64,000 bases of DNA from a bacterium (GTDB lineage: Bacteria; Patescibacteriota; Dojkabacteria; JAKAPS01). The translations under genes and the position numbers were made by a program. The DNA is taken from contig JAKAPS010000001.1 of assembly GCA_021806925.1 (NCBI GenBank), forward strand, positions 71,040-135,039, in the 5' to 3' direction. Every line of letters starts with the position of its first letter. The stretch's first letter is position 1. Below, piece by piece: positions 10,353 to 20,808 of the stretch. Under the pieces are notes generated by a model that made no database searches, was not told the DNA's origin, and saw only the letters and a list, made by a program, of their open reading frames with translations.

Positions 10353-11264
10353 TCAAACAGGATTTCTAGTGGTTTCCGCTGTCTTCCAGATGTGATGGTC
10401 TATCTTCCTTTTATAATCCCTTTTACCTAACCATCTGCTATACATTTCTGTTAGGATTGTAAATATAGTGAAGATAGAGTTTCTTATTGGATGTTTTCTA
10501 AATTCCTTACTAGGAAGAATCTTTTTGAATATTAAAGATATTATCCTTGTTACTCCAAGTGTAGAAACTCTGTAGCTATATTCTTTTTTAGCTGACATAT
10601 GACCTGCGTAAATTCTTCTTCTTTGAGATATGAACTCAGCAACAGTCTCTGGCCCTTTATTCTTAATAATTGCTTTAGGAACATATTTTGCAGTATACCC
10701 TTGCCCTTTTATTAATGCCTCTATATTAACTTCATCTACTGCACTTAAAATAGGGATACCCTCAAATTTTTTTCTAAAACAAATCACCTCACCCATTTTA
10801 GGATCTTTAAGAGATATTTCATGATGCAAAGTCCACATCATCCACACCATATAACCTGTCAACGACTCAGTCTTGTTTACTGGAACAGGGTGAGATCCAG
10901 TTATACCAATTTTCTTATCGAAAAATGGTGAAACTAGATGCTCTATAGTATTTTTTAAAGGAACTGTATCAGCACTTTCAAGAACAACAATATCTTCCTT
11001 CGCTTTTTCAACTAATAGATTGACTGCACTAGCTTTTCCTTTCCTATTTATCTGAGTAATTAATTTTATCCTACTGTCATATCTTGATTCTCTCAATACT
11101 ATTCTATCTGTGTTGTCAGTACTTCCTGAAGAAATTACAATAATTTCTGTAATAGAAACATTCTTCAATTTTTGTTTTTCAATAGCCCTCAAAAGCCTTA
11201 GAATATTACGTTCTTCATTATGAGCTGTTATTCCTACGGAACAATATATTTTTCCTTTTCTCAT
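10353..11264 (-). CDS. Family 2 glycosyltransferase (Dpm1/Ppm1-like polyprenyl-phosphate sugar synthase candidate)
   Basis: 303 aa. GT2 signatures IIVISSGSTDNTD and DIVVLESADTV (DxD-like). Overall GT-A layout. Divergently paired with the DUF2723 gene at 11300. Confidence 0.75.
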   Translation of the reverse strand: MRKGKIYCSVGITAHNEERNILRLLRAIEKQKLKNVSITEIIVISSGSTDNTDRIVLRESRYDSRIKLITQINRKGKASAVNLLVEKAKEDIVVLESADTVPLKNTIEHLVSPFFDKKIGITGSHPVPVNKTESLTGYMVWMMWTLHHEISLKDPKMGEVICFRKKFEGIPILSAVDEVNIEALIKGQGYTAKYVPKAIIKNKGPETVAEFISQRRRIYAGHMSAKKEYSYRVSTLGVTRIISLIFKKILPSKEFRKHPIRNSIFTIFTILTEMYSRWLGKRDYKRKIDHHIWKTAETTRNPV

Positions 11265-11299
11265 TTATGATAATATGTATTTGTTAAACTTATAATACG

Positions 11300-13597
11300 G
11301 TGAAAAATTATTTGAGTCAACAATCAATTAGGAACATTAGAATAACAAAAAGAAACGTTATTAGTTTTTTCATTTTCTTTTTCGTTCTTGTAATTTATTC
11401 TATTACATTACCACTCCATCATACTGGATTTGCAGACAGTGATGAACTAGCTTTAAGTGGGTACTATCTAGGAGTGGCACATGCACCAGGATATCCAATA
11501 TATATTCTTTTATTGTATATATTTGAACACTTTCTACCTCTAAACATAAGTGTATACTCTAAAGGTGGATTTCTAAATTCTGTCATTTCATCTATCACAC
11601 TTGTGTATTTTTTCAATCTATCACTTGAAATATTTTCTTTCTTAAAAATAAAAAGGGTGAGTGAAAAAGTAAAGAAAAAAAAGTACAGGTTTGTAGATTT
11701 TATTGAAGAAGATACACTTAATGAAGATGTAAAAATATTAATTTCACTTGGCACAACACTCTCATTAGCCTTTAGTCTTCTATTCTGGCTGTATTCAATA
11801 ATTCCTGAAGTGTTTTCTTTCAACAACATGCTAATAACCTTAACACTATTCTTTCTATTAAAAACAACACGATATATATTTTACAAGGATTCCGCAGACT
11901 CACAAAGAAAAAGACGTAATATCGTAGAAATAAATTTATGTTTAACATACATTTTCTTTGTATTAGCAATACTTAATTTACAAACATCTGTTGTCTTAGC
12001 ACCAGTTGTAATTCCATATACAATATATATTCTTATTAAGCTTGGATATTTTAAAGAGATTAGTAAAAAAATATATGTATATATATTTTTTATTCCAATT
12101 ATACTCTACTCTGTATATTCCTTCTTATTGTACATGTATTCAAAATATTCAGTAGCTCCATTATCTTGGTATTTGCAGCCTACAATAGGGAATATTTTTA
12201 AATACTTCATGCGAGAGAATTATATTCAAGCAAGTAGTAATAACGCATATATTCATGCGATTAATTTAGCTGAAATATTTCAACAAATACCACTTTATAT
12301 AAAATATGATTTCTATGGAATAGTAATGATTCCATTAATATTATCATTAATAGGCTTTATATTCCTCTTTTTCAGACATAAAAGGTATTTTTTTCTTATT
12401 GGAGGTTCGTTTCTATGTGCATCTGTATTCCTACCTCTATATATTGGATTTCCGCAGGATAAATCTTCACTGGCAATGTACTTTGGAACTATAGCAACCA
12501 GTCAAAGACAAGATATCTTTGGACTATTGTTCATATATCTATTAGCAGGAATTGGTGTATATTCAATATTTCTTCTATTAAAAAGAATACAAATACAATC
12601 AAAAATATATTCATTTAATATTTCTAAATTAATTCGATACATATTTTACGCAATTGTATTGGTATTTCCAATTCTACTTTTAATAGAAACATATCCTCAA
12701 ACAAATTTGAGAAATTTTAATAGTACCTATGACTTTGCGATAGCATCTATCAATGAAACAAAAGGAAACAGTGTGTTAATTTGCTTCTCTGATATATCAT
12801 GTTTTAGTGATCTGTATGCTGAATATATTGATACTAATGTAAGGAAGATAGAGATAATACCATATAACAACGTTATAACCAGTTCATACTATGAGAAGAA
12901 AGGCATCAAAACGGAGCTTTTTAATTATTCAGAAAATCCATATATATTAGAAGATATACTTTCCTACAACATATACATTAGAAAAAATGTATATGTACAG
13001 GATTTAACTAGCGACTATTTATCATACCTTGGGCTTGATGGTAATGCATATTACCTTATACCAAAAGGATACATCTATCTTGTAAGTGATACAATTCCAA
13101 AGTCAAACACAATACAATTTAATTACAATGTTTCAAAGAGGTACAACCAGTCATTCAACACAAATACAAAAAATTATTGGTTTAGGTCATATGAAGACTA
13201 TCTATCAAAACCAATAACTGAAACCAGTTACCTTTATTGGTTTGAAGGAAATAAGGAACTAGCAATAAGATATGAGAATGAAGCAAAGGCATACGATAAA
13301 TACATAACTCAAGGAGCATATATTTCATCGATAAACGAATACACTACTAAAACAAGTCCATTAACTGCAGGAGATACTACAAGAACAAGTAATGAAGATT
13401 ATCTCCTTGCACTAAGTGATGAAGGCAAATACAATAGTTATGTATTTCCATTAATAAAGTTCTCATTATTAAGAAACCCATATAATCTTCCCGCTAGAGT
13501 CCTTATTCAGAAAATCTATTCAACAAGTGGAACAAACTTCACCCAGGTATCTAAAGAGGAAGAGAATAACATCAAGCAATTACAGAAGGCCTTGTAA
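11300..13597 (+). CDS. Polytopic membrane protein, second DUF2723 / GT-C-like paralog
   Basis: 765 aa. N-terminal motif GVAHAPGYPIYILLLYIF is the same signature as in 2953..5292. Many TM helices, then a roughly 250-aa soluble C-terminal domain. Confidence 0.65.
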   Translation: MKNYLSQQSIRNIRITKRNVISFFIFFFVLVIYSITLPLHHTGFADSDELALSGYYLGVAHAPGYPIYILLLYIFEHFLPLNISVYSKGGFLNSVISSITLVYFFNLSLEIFSFLKIKRVSEKVKKKKYRFVDFIEEDTLNEDVKILISLGTTLSLAFSLLFWLYSIIPEVFSFNNMLITLTLFFLLKTTRYIFYKDSADSQRKRRNIVEINLCLTYIFFVLAILNLQTSVVLAPVVIPYTIYILIKLGYFKEISKKIYVYIFFIPIILYSVYSFLLYMYSKYSVAPLSWYLQPTIGNIFKYFMRENYIQASSNNAYIHAINLAEIFQQIPLYIKYDFYGIVMIPLILSLIGFIFLFFRHKRYFFLIGGSFLCASVFLPLYIGFPQDKSSLAMYFGTIATSQRQDIFGLLFIYLLAGIGVYSIFLLLKRIQIQSKIYSFNISKLIRYIFYAIVLVFPILLLIETYPQTNLRNFNSTYDFAIASINETKGNSVLICFSDISCFSDLYAEYIDTNVRKIEIIPYNNVITSSYYEKKGIKTELFNYSENPYILEDILSYNIYIRKNVYVQDLTSDYLSYLGLDGNAYYLIPKGYIYLVSDTIPKSNTIQFNYNVSKRYNQSFNTNTKNYWFRSYEDYLSKPITETSYLYWFEGNKELAIRYENEAKAYDKYITQGAYISSINEYTTKTSPLTAGDTTRTSNEDYLLALSDEGKYNSYVFPLIKFSLLRNPYNLPARVLIQKIYSTSGTNFTQVSKEEENNIKQLQKAL

Positions 13598-13608
13598 TAT
13601 TCATAGTA

Positions 13609-14754
13609 TTGTTATATAACATAGGGGTTATGGCAAAATACGTGGAAAGCATAATTGCTAAAAAAGCTTTGGATCATGTAATGAATGAACAAAAAGAATC
13701 CCAGTCGGATAGCGTTCATAGTAGATCTTTTGATGTGGTAAACTTGACAGAAGGAAAAAAACGTGGAAAAATTGTTCAAATACTTGAATCAATTTATTAT
13801 AAAATACTTGGTAGGCCTGAAGTTGATGATAAAGTACTGTACTACATAGTTTCAGAGCATATGGAGGAAAGCAGTGATAAAAATGTGCTTCCTAGAACAG
13901 TTATTATTACTGAGGATAATAATAGAATGAGAATTGAAATAAGGCCAAGAAGAATAGAGAGAGAAGCAAAAAAACTTATAACAAAGCTTGAACGAAATAA
14001 AATATCGGAGGAAGATAAAGAAATTGTTATTAACTATTTAAATAAAATAGTAAATGAACAAAAAAAACTTTTAAAGGAAAGGAATATAAACCCTGTGAGT
14101 TTTGTTTCTTCACTTTTCTCATATATAGAACATACTACTGAAGAAATTATTACTGAAGATGCATTTAAAGAGTTTAGTATATTTTATCCAGTAATTAAAC
14201 TAATAGGTGAGGTTAAGAAATACGTAAAAAGAAGAAGAGAAATAAAAGCTATAGAATCTAGTGTATCCACAAGTAATGATAATAATAGTGAAAAAATTAA
14301 TGCTAACAAAAAAGCAGAGACTAGCAATTCAAATAGTGCGGACAAATATAATAAAAATAGTTATATTATAGACCAATATAGAAAATCCTTAAAATCCAAG
14401 ATATTTAGGTTTAATCTTATTAGTTTTATTAATACAGCAATTCCTATTGTAGGTATTGCAATTTCGATTGCTAAATTTGCAACATTGACAACATTAATTC
14501 CTACATTATTTATTAGTTCATCACTTCCATTAATTCTTGGTACAGGTTTAATAATGCTAGCTGGAGTTACAATGACTGCATACAATAGCCACTTATATAG
14601 ATCAATTAAAATTGAAACAGAGAGATTAAAGAAAACAAGATTTTTTGAAAAATTAGGCATTCCGTTTGATTTTGAACAAGATGAATACAATGTATTTTTA
14701 ACTAGAATAGTTAGATCTATAATACATGCATTTAGTCACGAACCTAAGAACTAA
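13609..14754 (+). CDS. Hypothetical protein with charged coiled-coil-like N-terminal region and two C-terminal TM helices
   Basis: 381 aa with no recognisable motif. The start may be 13630 (MAKYVES...). Two C-terminal TM helices lie around residues 260-320. Confidence 0.45.
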   Translation: MLYNIGVMAKYVESIIAKKALDHVMNEQKESQSDSVHSRSFDVVNLTEGKKRGKIVQILESIYYKILGRPEVDDKVLYYIVSEHMEESSDKNVLPRTVIITEDNNRMRIEIRPRRIEREAKKLITKLERNKISEEDKEIVINYLNKIVNEQKKLLKERNINPVSFVSSLFSYIEHTTEEIITEDAFKEFSIFYPVIKLIGEVKKYVKRRREIKAIESSVSTSNDNNSEKINANKKAETSNSNSADKYNKNSYIIDQYRKSLKSKIFRFNLISFINTAIPIVGIAISIAKFATLTTLIPTLFISSSLPLILGTGLIMLAGVTMTAYNSHLYRSIKIETERLKKTRFFEKLGIPFDFEQDEYNVFLTRIVRSIIHAFSHEPKN

Positions 14755-14780
14755 CAATATATTAATTATTATATAAACAA

Positions 14781-14807
14781 AGATAGAGGTCATTAAGACC
14801 TCTATCT
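14781..14807. terminator. Bidirectional intrinsic terminator hairpin between convergent genes
   Basis: AGATAGAGGTC-attaa-GACCTCTATCT is a perfect 11-bp stem with a 5-nt loop. It sits between the stop of 13609..14754 (+) and the stop of 14833..15954 (-), with A/T-rich flanks on both sides. Confidence 0.6.
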
Positions 14808-14832
14808 TATTGTCCATACTACAAATTAATCT

Positions 14833-15954
14833 CTAGTATGTTGCAACAGCGTTGTACTGTAATGTACCAGTATAAGTGTCAGCTGGTTGGTACACATCAG
14901 TTTCAACCTGATATGTAATATTTACAGTAGTTCCATTATCTGGAGCAGTTGATTCATCCACTGTGTTATAAGTACTGTCTACTGGTGCCCATTTGCCTGT
15001 TGGCGAAGACCAACCAGAAACCCTAGTATCGCTTGTATTAGCACCAATGAATGATGCTGTTGTAGAACCGGGGGTTGTAAGGTTAGATCCTGTAGGTGCC
15101 GTCCACGCAACTGGTGTAGCCCAAGAAGCACTATTAGCTTCAAATGGTTGAAGAACCTTTCCGCTAGTTCCTGTCATGCCTGTTGTCATAGCCATACTGA
15201 CTGTATAACCGCTTAATGCGTTTGTAGTAACAGTAACAGATTGACCAGCCAAGGCTGATTGGTTAGCAGTGATATTTCCGAATGGAAGTGTGTTGTAAGT
15301 TGAAGTAGCAGTTAAAGTACCACCTGATGTGACAGTTCCTGATGCTAAACCAGCAAGAACCATTGTCAAAGCAGGGTCTACAGTAACAGATGCTGTGGTT
15401 GGAGAAACAAGTTCGTATGACGCAGAACCAGAGTCGACTAGTGTTGTTGTTCCTGTATAGGTAGCAACCCTAGCAAAACATGTACCAGTATTTGCATTAC
15501 TGTTTGCTTCTGTACAACCTGATGCACCACCAATCTGTGGGTTAGTAATTGTTTGGAATGCTACTGTAACAGCAGTACTTCCACCCACGACTTGAGGTGT
15601 AGCGTTTGTAATACTCAATTCACCACCTGATGTACTAGCTAATGACCAACCTGTACCTATACCAGTTGTTGTACTCAACGTTGCACTGGTTAGAACTAAT
15701 CCTGTTGGAACTGTAATACCTCCTGATGGAGTAGTAGCGTATTGAAAGTCAATTACATTAAGAGTAGCACTACTTCCTGTTGTAAATGAAAATGTATAGT
15801 TGGATTGTGTTGACGGCTCAGAATTTGACAAAGTAACACTCTTTGATGTTAATGTTCCTGAAGTCGCAAATGCAGGTGCAAGAGGCAGTAAAGCACCAGC
15901 TATCACTAAAGCAACCATTGAAAAAAATTTGGATAATTTCTTAATTATTGTCAT
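14833..15954 (-). CDS. Secreted S/T/G-rich surface protein; paralog of 1902..2963
   Basis: 373 aa. Signal peptide (FFSMVALVIAGALLPLAPAFATSG). Low-complexity T/S/G-rich body. The C-terminal module is homologous to 1902..2963 (SWATPVAWTAPTGS...GANTSDTRVSGWSS). Confidence 0.7.
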   Translation of the reverse strand: MTIIKKLSKFFSMVALVIAGALLPLAPAFATSGTLTSKSVTLSNSEPSTQSNYTFSFTTGSSATLNVIDFQYATTPSGGITVPTGLVLTSATLSTTTGIGTGWSLASTSGGELSITNATPQVVGGSTAVTVAFQTITNPQIGGASGCTEANSNANTGTCFARVATYTGTTTLVDSGSASYELVSPTTASVTVDPALTMVLAGLASGTVTSGGTLTATSTYNTLPFGNITANQSALAGQSVTVTTNALSGYTVSMAMTTGMTGTSGKVLQPFEANSASWATPVAWTAPTGSNLTTPGSTTASFIGANTSDTRVSGWSSPTGKWAPVDSTYNTVDESTAPDNGTTVNITYQVETDVYQPADTYTGTLQYNAVATY

Positions 15955-16081
15955 AAAAAAATTTGTTCACCTCCTTAAAATGTTCTACATATAGAATAGA
16001 AAGAAAAACATCTGCTTGTCAAGTATTGTTATTTTGCTGTATTCAAAAAGGGAATATCATTTGATATAATTTGAATGAAAA

Positions 16082-17761
16082 GTGAAAAAGATATTAATTG
16101 CAACAGCATGGCCATACGTTAATGGTAAGATACATCTAGGACATGTTACAGGTTGTTTACTTCCAGCTGATATTTTTGCCAGATACAATCGATTAATTGG
16201 TAATGATGTAAAATTTGTTTCAGGAAGTGATATGCATGGAACTCCAACAGCAGTTCTTGCACAAAAAGAAGGTAAGACGCCTATTGAAGTTGCAAATCAT
16301 TTTCACAAACTCGCCCAAGAGACAATAAGAATGTATAATATATCCTTCGATCTTTACACATCAACAGCAACTGATAACCATAAAGAATTAGTTTGGGAAA
16401 TATTTAATAGATTAAAAGAAACAGGGGGAATAATTGAGAAAGAAACTGAACAAACATATTGCGAAAAGGAAGAAAAATTTCTTCCAGATAGATATGTAGA
16501 AGGAGTATGTCCAAAATGCGGATTTACTGGTGCAAGAGGAGATCAATGTGATTCATGTGGAAGTTTACTTGATCCTACAGATTTAATTAACCCTAAATGT
16601 AAAACATGCGGTGAAACTCCAAAAAGAAAGCTTACTAAACACATGTTCTTAGATTTAGAGAAATTATCACCAGCATTATCAAAATATGTTGATTCAAAGA
16701 AGAACATATGGAAAACAAATGTATTTAATTCAACAGAAAGTTGGATAAGTCAAGGGCTAATTCCAAGAGCTATTACAAGAGACATGGATTATGGAATTCC
16801 AGTACCTCTTGAAGGCTACGAAAAGAAGGTAATATATGTCTGGATGGAAGCATTACTTGGTTACCTAAGTGCTCCTAAAGAATTAGGTGAAGAAGTGTAT
16901 AAGAAATATTGGTATGATAAAACAAGTGAAATTTACATTTTCATAGGGAAAGATAACATCCCTTTCCATACAGTTATACTTCCTGGCCTCCTTTTAGGAT
17001 TGAACGACGATAAAATTAACTTGCCTACAAATATTGTCTCAAATGAATTCCTAAATTTAAATAACGATAAGTTCTCAAAGAGCAGAAACAACTTTATTGA
17101 AGCTGATTACATTGTCAGTAAATATGGAACTGACATTGCAAGAGCATATTTAATATTAATTATGCCAGAATATAGCGATAGTAATTTCACATGGGAAAAT
17201 TTTGAAGAAAATATAAACGGTTCATTGATTGACAATCTAGGCAATATGGTAAATAGAACCCTTGTATTCCTAAAAAATATTTCTAAGAAGAATCCTAATA
17301 TAACTGAATCAACGTTTAATAATTTATCCATATCAAAGGATATTGAGAAGATGATTAATGAAACTTATTTTAATATATCAGAATATTTAGATGGATCAGC
17401 TGGTAATAACTTGAAAAAGGATGATGATGATTCAAAAACAAAAAAGATATCATTCTCTTTAGCATTCAAAGAAATATTTATATTATCAAAAGAAGCTAAC
17501 AAATACTTTGATACCAAGAAGCCATGGAAAGATGACGCACCAAATCAGACAATATATGACATGATTCAAATCATTTTCAATATAGCTATAATGTTATCAA
17601 TATTTCTACCTGAAACTAAAGATAGGATATTCAGCCTATTAGGTTGTGAAAGCAAAACAATTAATGGTTTTGAATTCCAGGAATTAAAAGAAATTCACAT
17701 ACCGGACAACATAGAAGTACTTTTCAAAAAAATAGATATTGATGAAAATATAGATATATAA
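16082..17761 (+). CDS. metG: Methionyl-tRNA synthetase
   Basis: GTG start. HIGH motif (GKIHLGHVTG). Zinc knuckles CPKCG...CDSCG...CKTCG. KMSKS-type motif KFSKS. Class I aaRS layout, 559 aa. Confidence 0.9.
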   Translation: MKKILIATAWPYVNGKIHLGHVTGCLLPADIFARYNRLIGNDVKFVSGSDMHGTPTAVLAQKEGKTPIEVANHFHKLAQETIRMYNISFDLYTSTATDNHKELVWEIFNRLKETGGIIEKETEQTYCEKEEKFLPDRYVEGVCPKCGFTGARGDQCDSCGSLLDPTDLINPKCKTCGETPKRKLTKHMFLDLEKLSPALSKYVDSKKNIWKTNVFNSTESWISQGLIPRAITRDMDYGIPVPLEGYEKKVIYVWMEALLGYLSAPKELGEEVYKKYWYDKTSEIYIFIGKDNIPFHTVILPGLLLGLNDDKINLPTNIVSNEFLNLNNDKFSKSRNNFIEADYIVSKYGTDIARAYLILIMPEYSDSNFTWENFEENINGSLIDNLGNMVNRTLVFLKNISKKNPNITESTFNNLSISKDIEKMINETYFNISEYLDGSAGNNLKKDDDDSKTKKISFSLAFKEIFILSKEANKYFDTKKPWKDDAPNQTIYDMIQIIFNIAIMLSIFLPETKDRIFSLLGCESKTINGFEFQELKEIHIPDNIEVLFKKIDIDENIDI

Positions 17762-17790
17762 ATATATATTATTAATTTATACTAAAATAT

Positions 17791-18564
17791 ATGCTAATTG
17801 ATACTCATGCTCATATTCAAGAATTTTCAGATGATGAAATAAGACATATACAGAAATCCATGTATGTTATTAATATTGCATGTTCTATAGAGGAAATAGA
17901 GCGAACAGTTGATATATCAGAAAAATTCAAAAATATAAAATACTCACTTGGACTTCATCCAGAGTTGATAACAAACACAATAAGTTATGAGGAAATTGAT
18001 AATATGATTTCAGAATTTAAAAAACTTGTTAATAAACATATGCCCATTGCAATAGGTGAAATAGGATATAACTTTGGAAAAACAGAAGATAACACCCTAG
18101 AAAAGCAAACATATCTTTTTGAAAAATTACTCAGTTTTTCAACTTCACTAAAATTACCAGCAATAATCCACTGTAGAGAAAATTGGAAAGAGTTGTTAGC
18201 AACATTTAGTAGGTTAAATAGTTCTTCTGGCGGTGTAATTCATAGTATAGATACTGACAAATTAAACTTAACTAAATTGCTTGATTTAGGATTTTATGTT
18301 TCATTGAACGGAATATCCACATTCAAGAGTGCAAATAGTATTCGCGGATTGATAAAATTTATCCCTCTTGATAGATTGTTAATAGAGACTGACTCACCTT
18401 TTCTTTCACCTGAACCAGTTAGAGGTAAACAAAATACTCCGCTAAATATAGACTATATTTATTCATTTCTCGCAAATGAATTTAATATAACAAAAGAAAA
18501 ATTAATAAATACTGTACTTATAAATTCAGAAAATCTATTCAAATTCCCTAAGAATACTTTTTAA
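17791..18564 (+). CDS. TatD-family metal-dependent hydrolase/DNase
   Basis: Begins MLIDTHAHI. Has GLHPE, EIGYNF, HCRE and IETDSPFL motifs typical of the TatD family. 257 aa. Confidence 0.85.
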   Translation: MLIDTHAHIQEFSDDEIRHIQKSMYVINIACSIEEIERTVDISEKFKNIKYSLGLHPELITNTISYEEIDNMISEFKKLVNKHMPIAIGEIGYNFGKTEDNTLEKQTYLFEKLLSFSTSLKLPAIIHCRENWKELLATFSRLNSSSGGVIHSIDTDKLNLTKLLDLGFYVSLNGISTFKSANSIRGLIKFIPLDRLLIETDSPFLSPEPVRGKQNTPLNIDYIYSFLANEFNITKEKLINTVLINSENLFKFPKNTF

Positions 18565-18988
18565 GAGCATCGTTATGAGTTGATATGTACATCTCTGGAA
18601 GCAATTGCGTTAATGATGATATTTTCTTATTATCATTGTCGCCAATAGAAATTATCGATATATCTTTTCCAGTTATTTGATAAAATGTTGATATGTATTG
18701 TAGACACACTCCGCATGGGAATGTAGGTCTATTAAATGCTACTACAACAGCTTTAAACTTATATTCTCCGTTACTAATTGCATTATTAATTGCACTTCTC
18801 TCAGCACAAGTTCCAAGACCTGAAATGAAAGTTTCAACACTACAACCAGAATATATTTTATCTGTATAAGTTACAACACTAGCACCCACTGGAAATCTAA
18901 GATTAAGCGTAAATGCATTGTTCTTTGCAATTCTTGCTTTCTTTATTGCTTCTGCTACAATATCATCACTCAAAAATATATCATCCAT
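18548..18988 (-). CDS. cdd: Cytidine deaminase
   Basis: Zinc-binding motifs CAERSAI and PCGVCLQ of the cytidine/deoxycytidylate deaminase family. 146 aa. Convergent 17-bp overlap with tatD. Confidence 0.8.
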   Translation of the reverse strand: MDDIFLSDDIVAEAIKKARIAKNNAFTLNLRFPVGASVVTYTDKIYSGCSVETFISGLGTCAERSAINNAISNGEYKFKAVVVAFNRPTFPCGVCLQYISTFYQITGKDISIISIGDNDNKKISSLTQLLPEMYISTHNDALKKYS

Positions 18989-19123
18989 AGTAATTTATTA
19001 ATTATATCAGTTGGAGAAAATACTTTACAACCTAGAACAATTTCTACATTAAAAAAATACTGATTCTATTGCATTCTTTTACAATATATAATTATACAGT
19101 ATAATTGCAAGTGTTAATGTGTT

Positions 19124-19996
19124 CTACCCATTCCTGGAAGCATATATATCCCATGATAGGAATCCATATTTCTTAAAGAATCCAGATGAAAATATCTTAT
19201 TTGTTATATCACGTTTCATTTTGAAATCAAGCATTTTTACGTATTTGTAAAAGATACTCAGTTCCTCATATGAAATAGGTGTATATGTTTCAGGTAAATA
19301 TCCATCACCTTCTCCAAAACTATGCAAATAATCATCTACAAGTTTCTTTTCACTATTATTTAAATGTTTAAAATCACTATGTATAGTTCCTGCTTCCAAT
19401 CCCATTATTGTATATATTTTTGAATATTTTCTATCAACTGTTTTAAGATACCTCTCCTGGGTTATAACTTCATGAGATAATATATTATCAGAATGAATTA
19501 CATTATCTGATTCATACATGTTTCTTTTAAATATTATTGTTTCATGAGGTGAATTCTGTCCTCTAGTTATATCTTGAGTATCAAAACCATAACCTACTAT
19601 TTCACAATATATTTCATCCTCCTCAAATAAAGCTAACATACTATGTGGCTGAGTATATCTATTATTTGAAATAAGGACTAATGCTATAACTGGAGGTACT
19701 AGTAATTTTTCTAATTCCTTAATTCTATCAAGTTCAATATTTAAGGATAATAATTTTGAATGGTCAGCTACATTTGTGCTATCAAATCTTACACTTACAA
19801 GTTTGAAGTTATTATCATTAGCCCATTTATTAATTTCATTTATGTTTTCTTCTCCAAAGTTATTAACTACAATACCTTGCAATACAGGAAGCCCAAGCTC
19901 TTCAAGTCTAACAATACTCATGAGTTTATTATATTCTGGATATGCTTTTTTTAACTTCTCAATCTCGTTTATATATATGTACTTCCTATTACTCAT
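19124..19996 (-). CDS. Hypothetical cytoplasmic protein
   Basis: 290-aa ORF with protein-like composition and no motif I can assign. Confidence 0.45.
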   Translation of the reverse strand: MSNRKYIYINEIEKLKKAYPEYNKLMSIVRLEELGLPVLQGIVVNNFGEENINEINKWANDNNFKLVSVRFDSTNVADHSKLLSLNIELDRIKELEKLLVPPVIALVLISNNRYTQPHSMLALFEEDEIYCEIVGYGFDTQDITRGQNSPHETIIFKRNMYESDNVIHSDNILSHEVITQERYLKTVDRKYSKIYTIMGLEAGTIHSDFKHLNNSEKKLVDDYLHSFGEGDGYLPETYTPISYEELSIFYKYVKMLDFKMKRDITNKIFSSGFFKKYGFLSWDIYASRNG

Positions 19997-20074
19997 ATCT
20001 ATATGTTAGAACAAAACATATATACTATCAATCCTATAGCAATTTACCTGTATTTTTATTTGCTTAGCTTATTT

Positions 20075-20116
20075 ATTCTTTTTGTTTTATTATTATTCTT
20101 TTTCTTTTATTATTAT
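20075..20116. repeat. Two tandem copies of a 21-bp T-rich unit
   Basis: ttctttttgttttattattat followed by ttctttttcttttattattat (1 mismatch), in the intergenic region upstream of 19996. Confidence 0.4.
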
Positions 20117-20159
20117 TTTTTTTCCTATCTTATTAGTTTATTTATTTTGTATTGCATAT

Positions 20160-20399
20160 CTATACAATAACACCGATAAAAGCAATAAGTTCCAATACTA
20201 CAAATAGGATTAAGCTGCTGTAGAAAAAGCTCCTAAATAAAGGACCATCAATATTATTTTTAATATCTAATATCTTTTTATTTCTAGAAAATATTCTTAG
20301 AAGTATATTAAATAAAATATATAATATATAGACAACAAACAAAGATAATACCCCAATCATTGAGGTAACTAATATAATCTGACTTATTGATTTCAGCAT
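20160..20399 (-). CDS. Small membrane protein (hypothetical)
   Basis: 79 aa, two hydrophobic helices. Weak support. Confidence 0.3.
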   Translation of the reverse strand: MLKSISQIILVTSMIGVLSLFVVYILYILFNILLRIFSRNKKILDIKNNIDGPLFRSFFYSSLILFVVLELIAFIGVIV

Positions 20400-20459
20400 A
20401 TCAATATATGTTGTAATTATAACAAAGTTTACCTTTTACTGTTTTTATACGTGTAGCAC

Positions 20460-20771
20460 CTACTTTTTATTCTTTATATTCTTTCTCTTTTCACCCCAAA
20501 ACCCCCGTATGGTATTGTATTTTTTTCTAATAGATTCGACAGCTTCAATTGTCCCCTCAATAGTTTTGCCTGCTTCTTTTGCACTAAATACAATAGAATC
20601 AACAAATTCCTGTTCCTTTATTAAGTTATCTGTAACTGTATTTATATTTTTTAAAACACTAATAAGTTCAGTTGCCAAACTTTTAAGGATAACAATAACT
20701 TCTATTAAAAAGAATATTATAACTGCAAAGATAAATATTTCTAATATTCTTATTACAATTTCGTATATCAT
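20460..20771 (-). CDS. Small N-terminally anchored coiled-coil protein (DUF948-like)
   Basis: 103 aa: TM helix (IFIFAVIIFFLIEVIVIL), then a helical soluble part and a basic tail. Architecture resembles DUF948 proteins. Confidence 0.4.
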   Translation of the reverse strand: MIYEIVIRILEIFIFAVIIFFLIEVIVILKSLATELISVLKNINTVTDNLIKEQEFVDSIVFSAKEAGKTIEGTIEAVESIRKKYNTIRGFWGEKRKNIKNKK

Positions 20772-20808
20772 GTGTTTACTAAATAATAGTTTATTTTATA
20801 TATATTGT

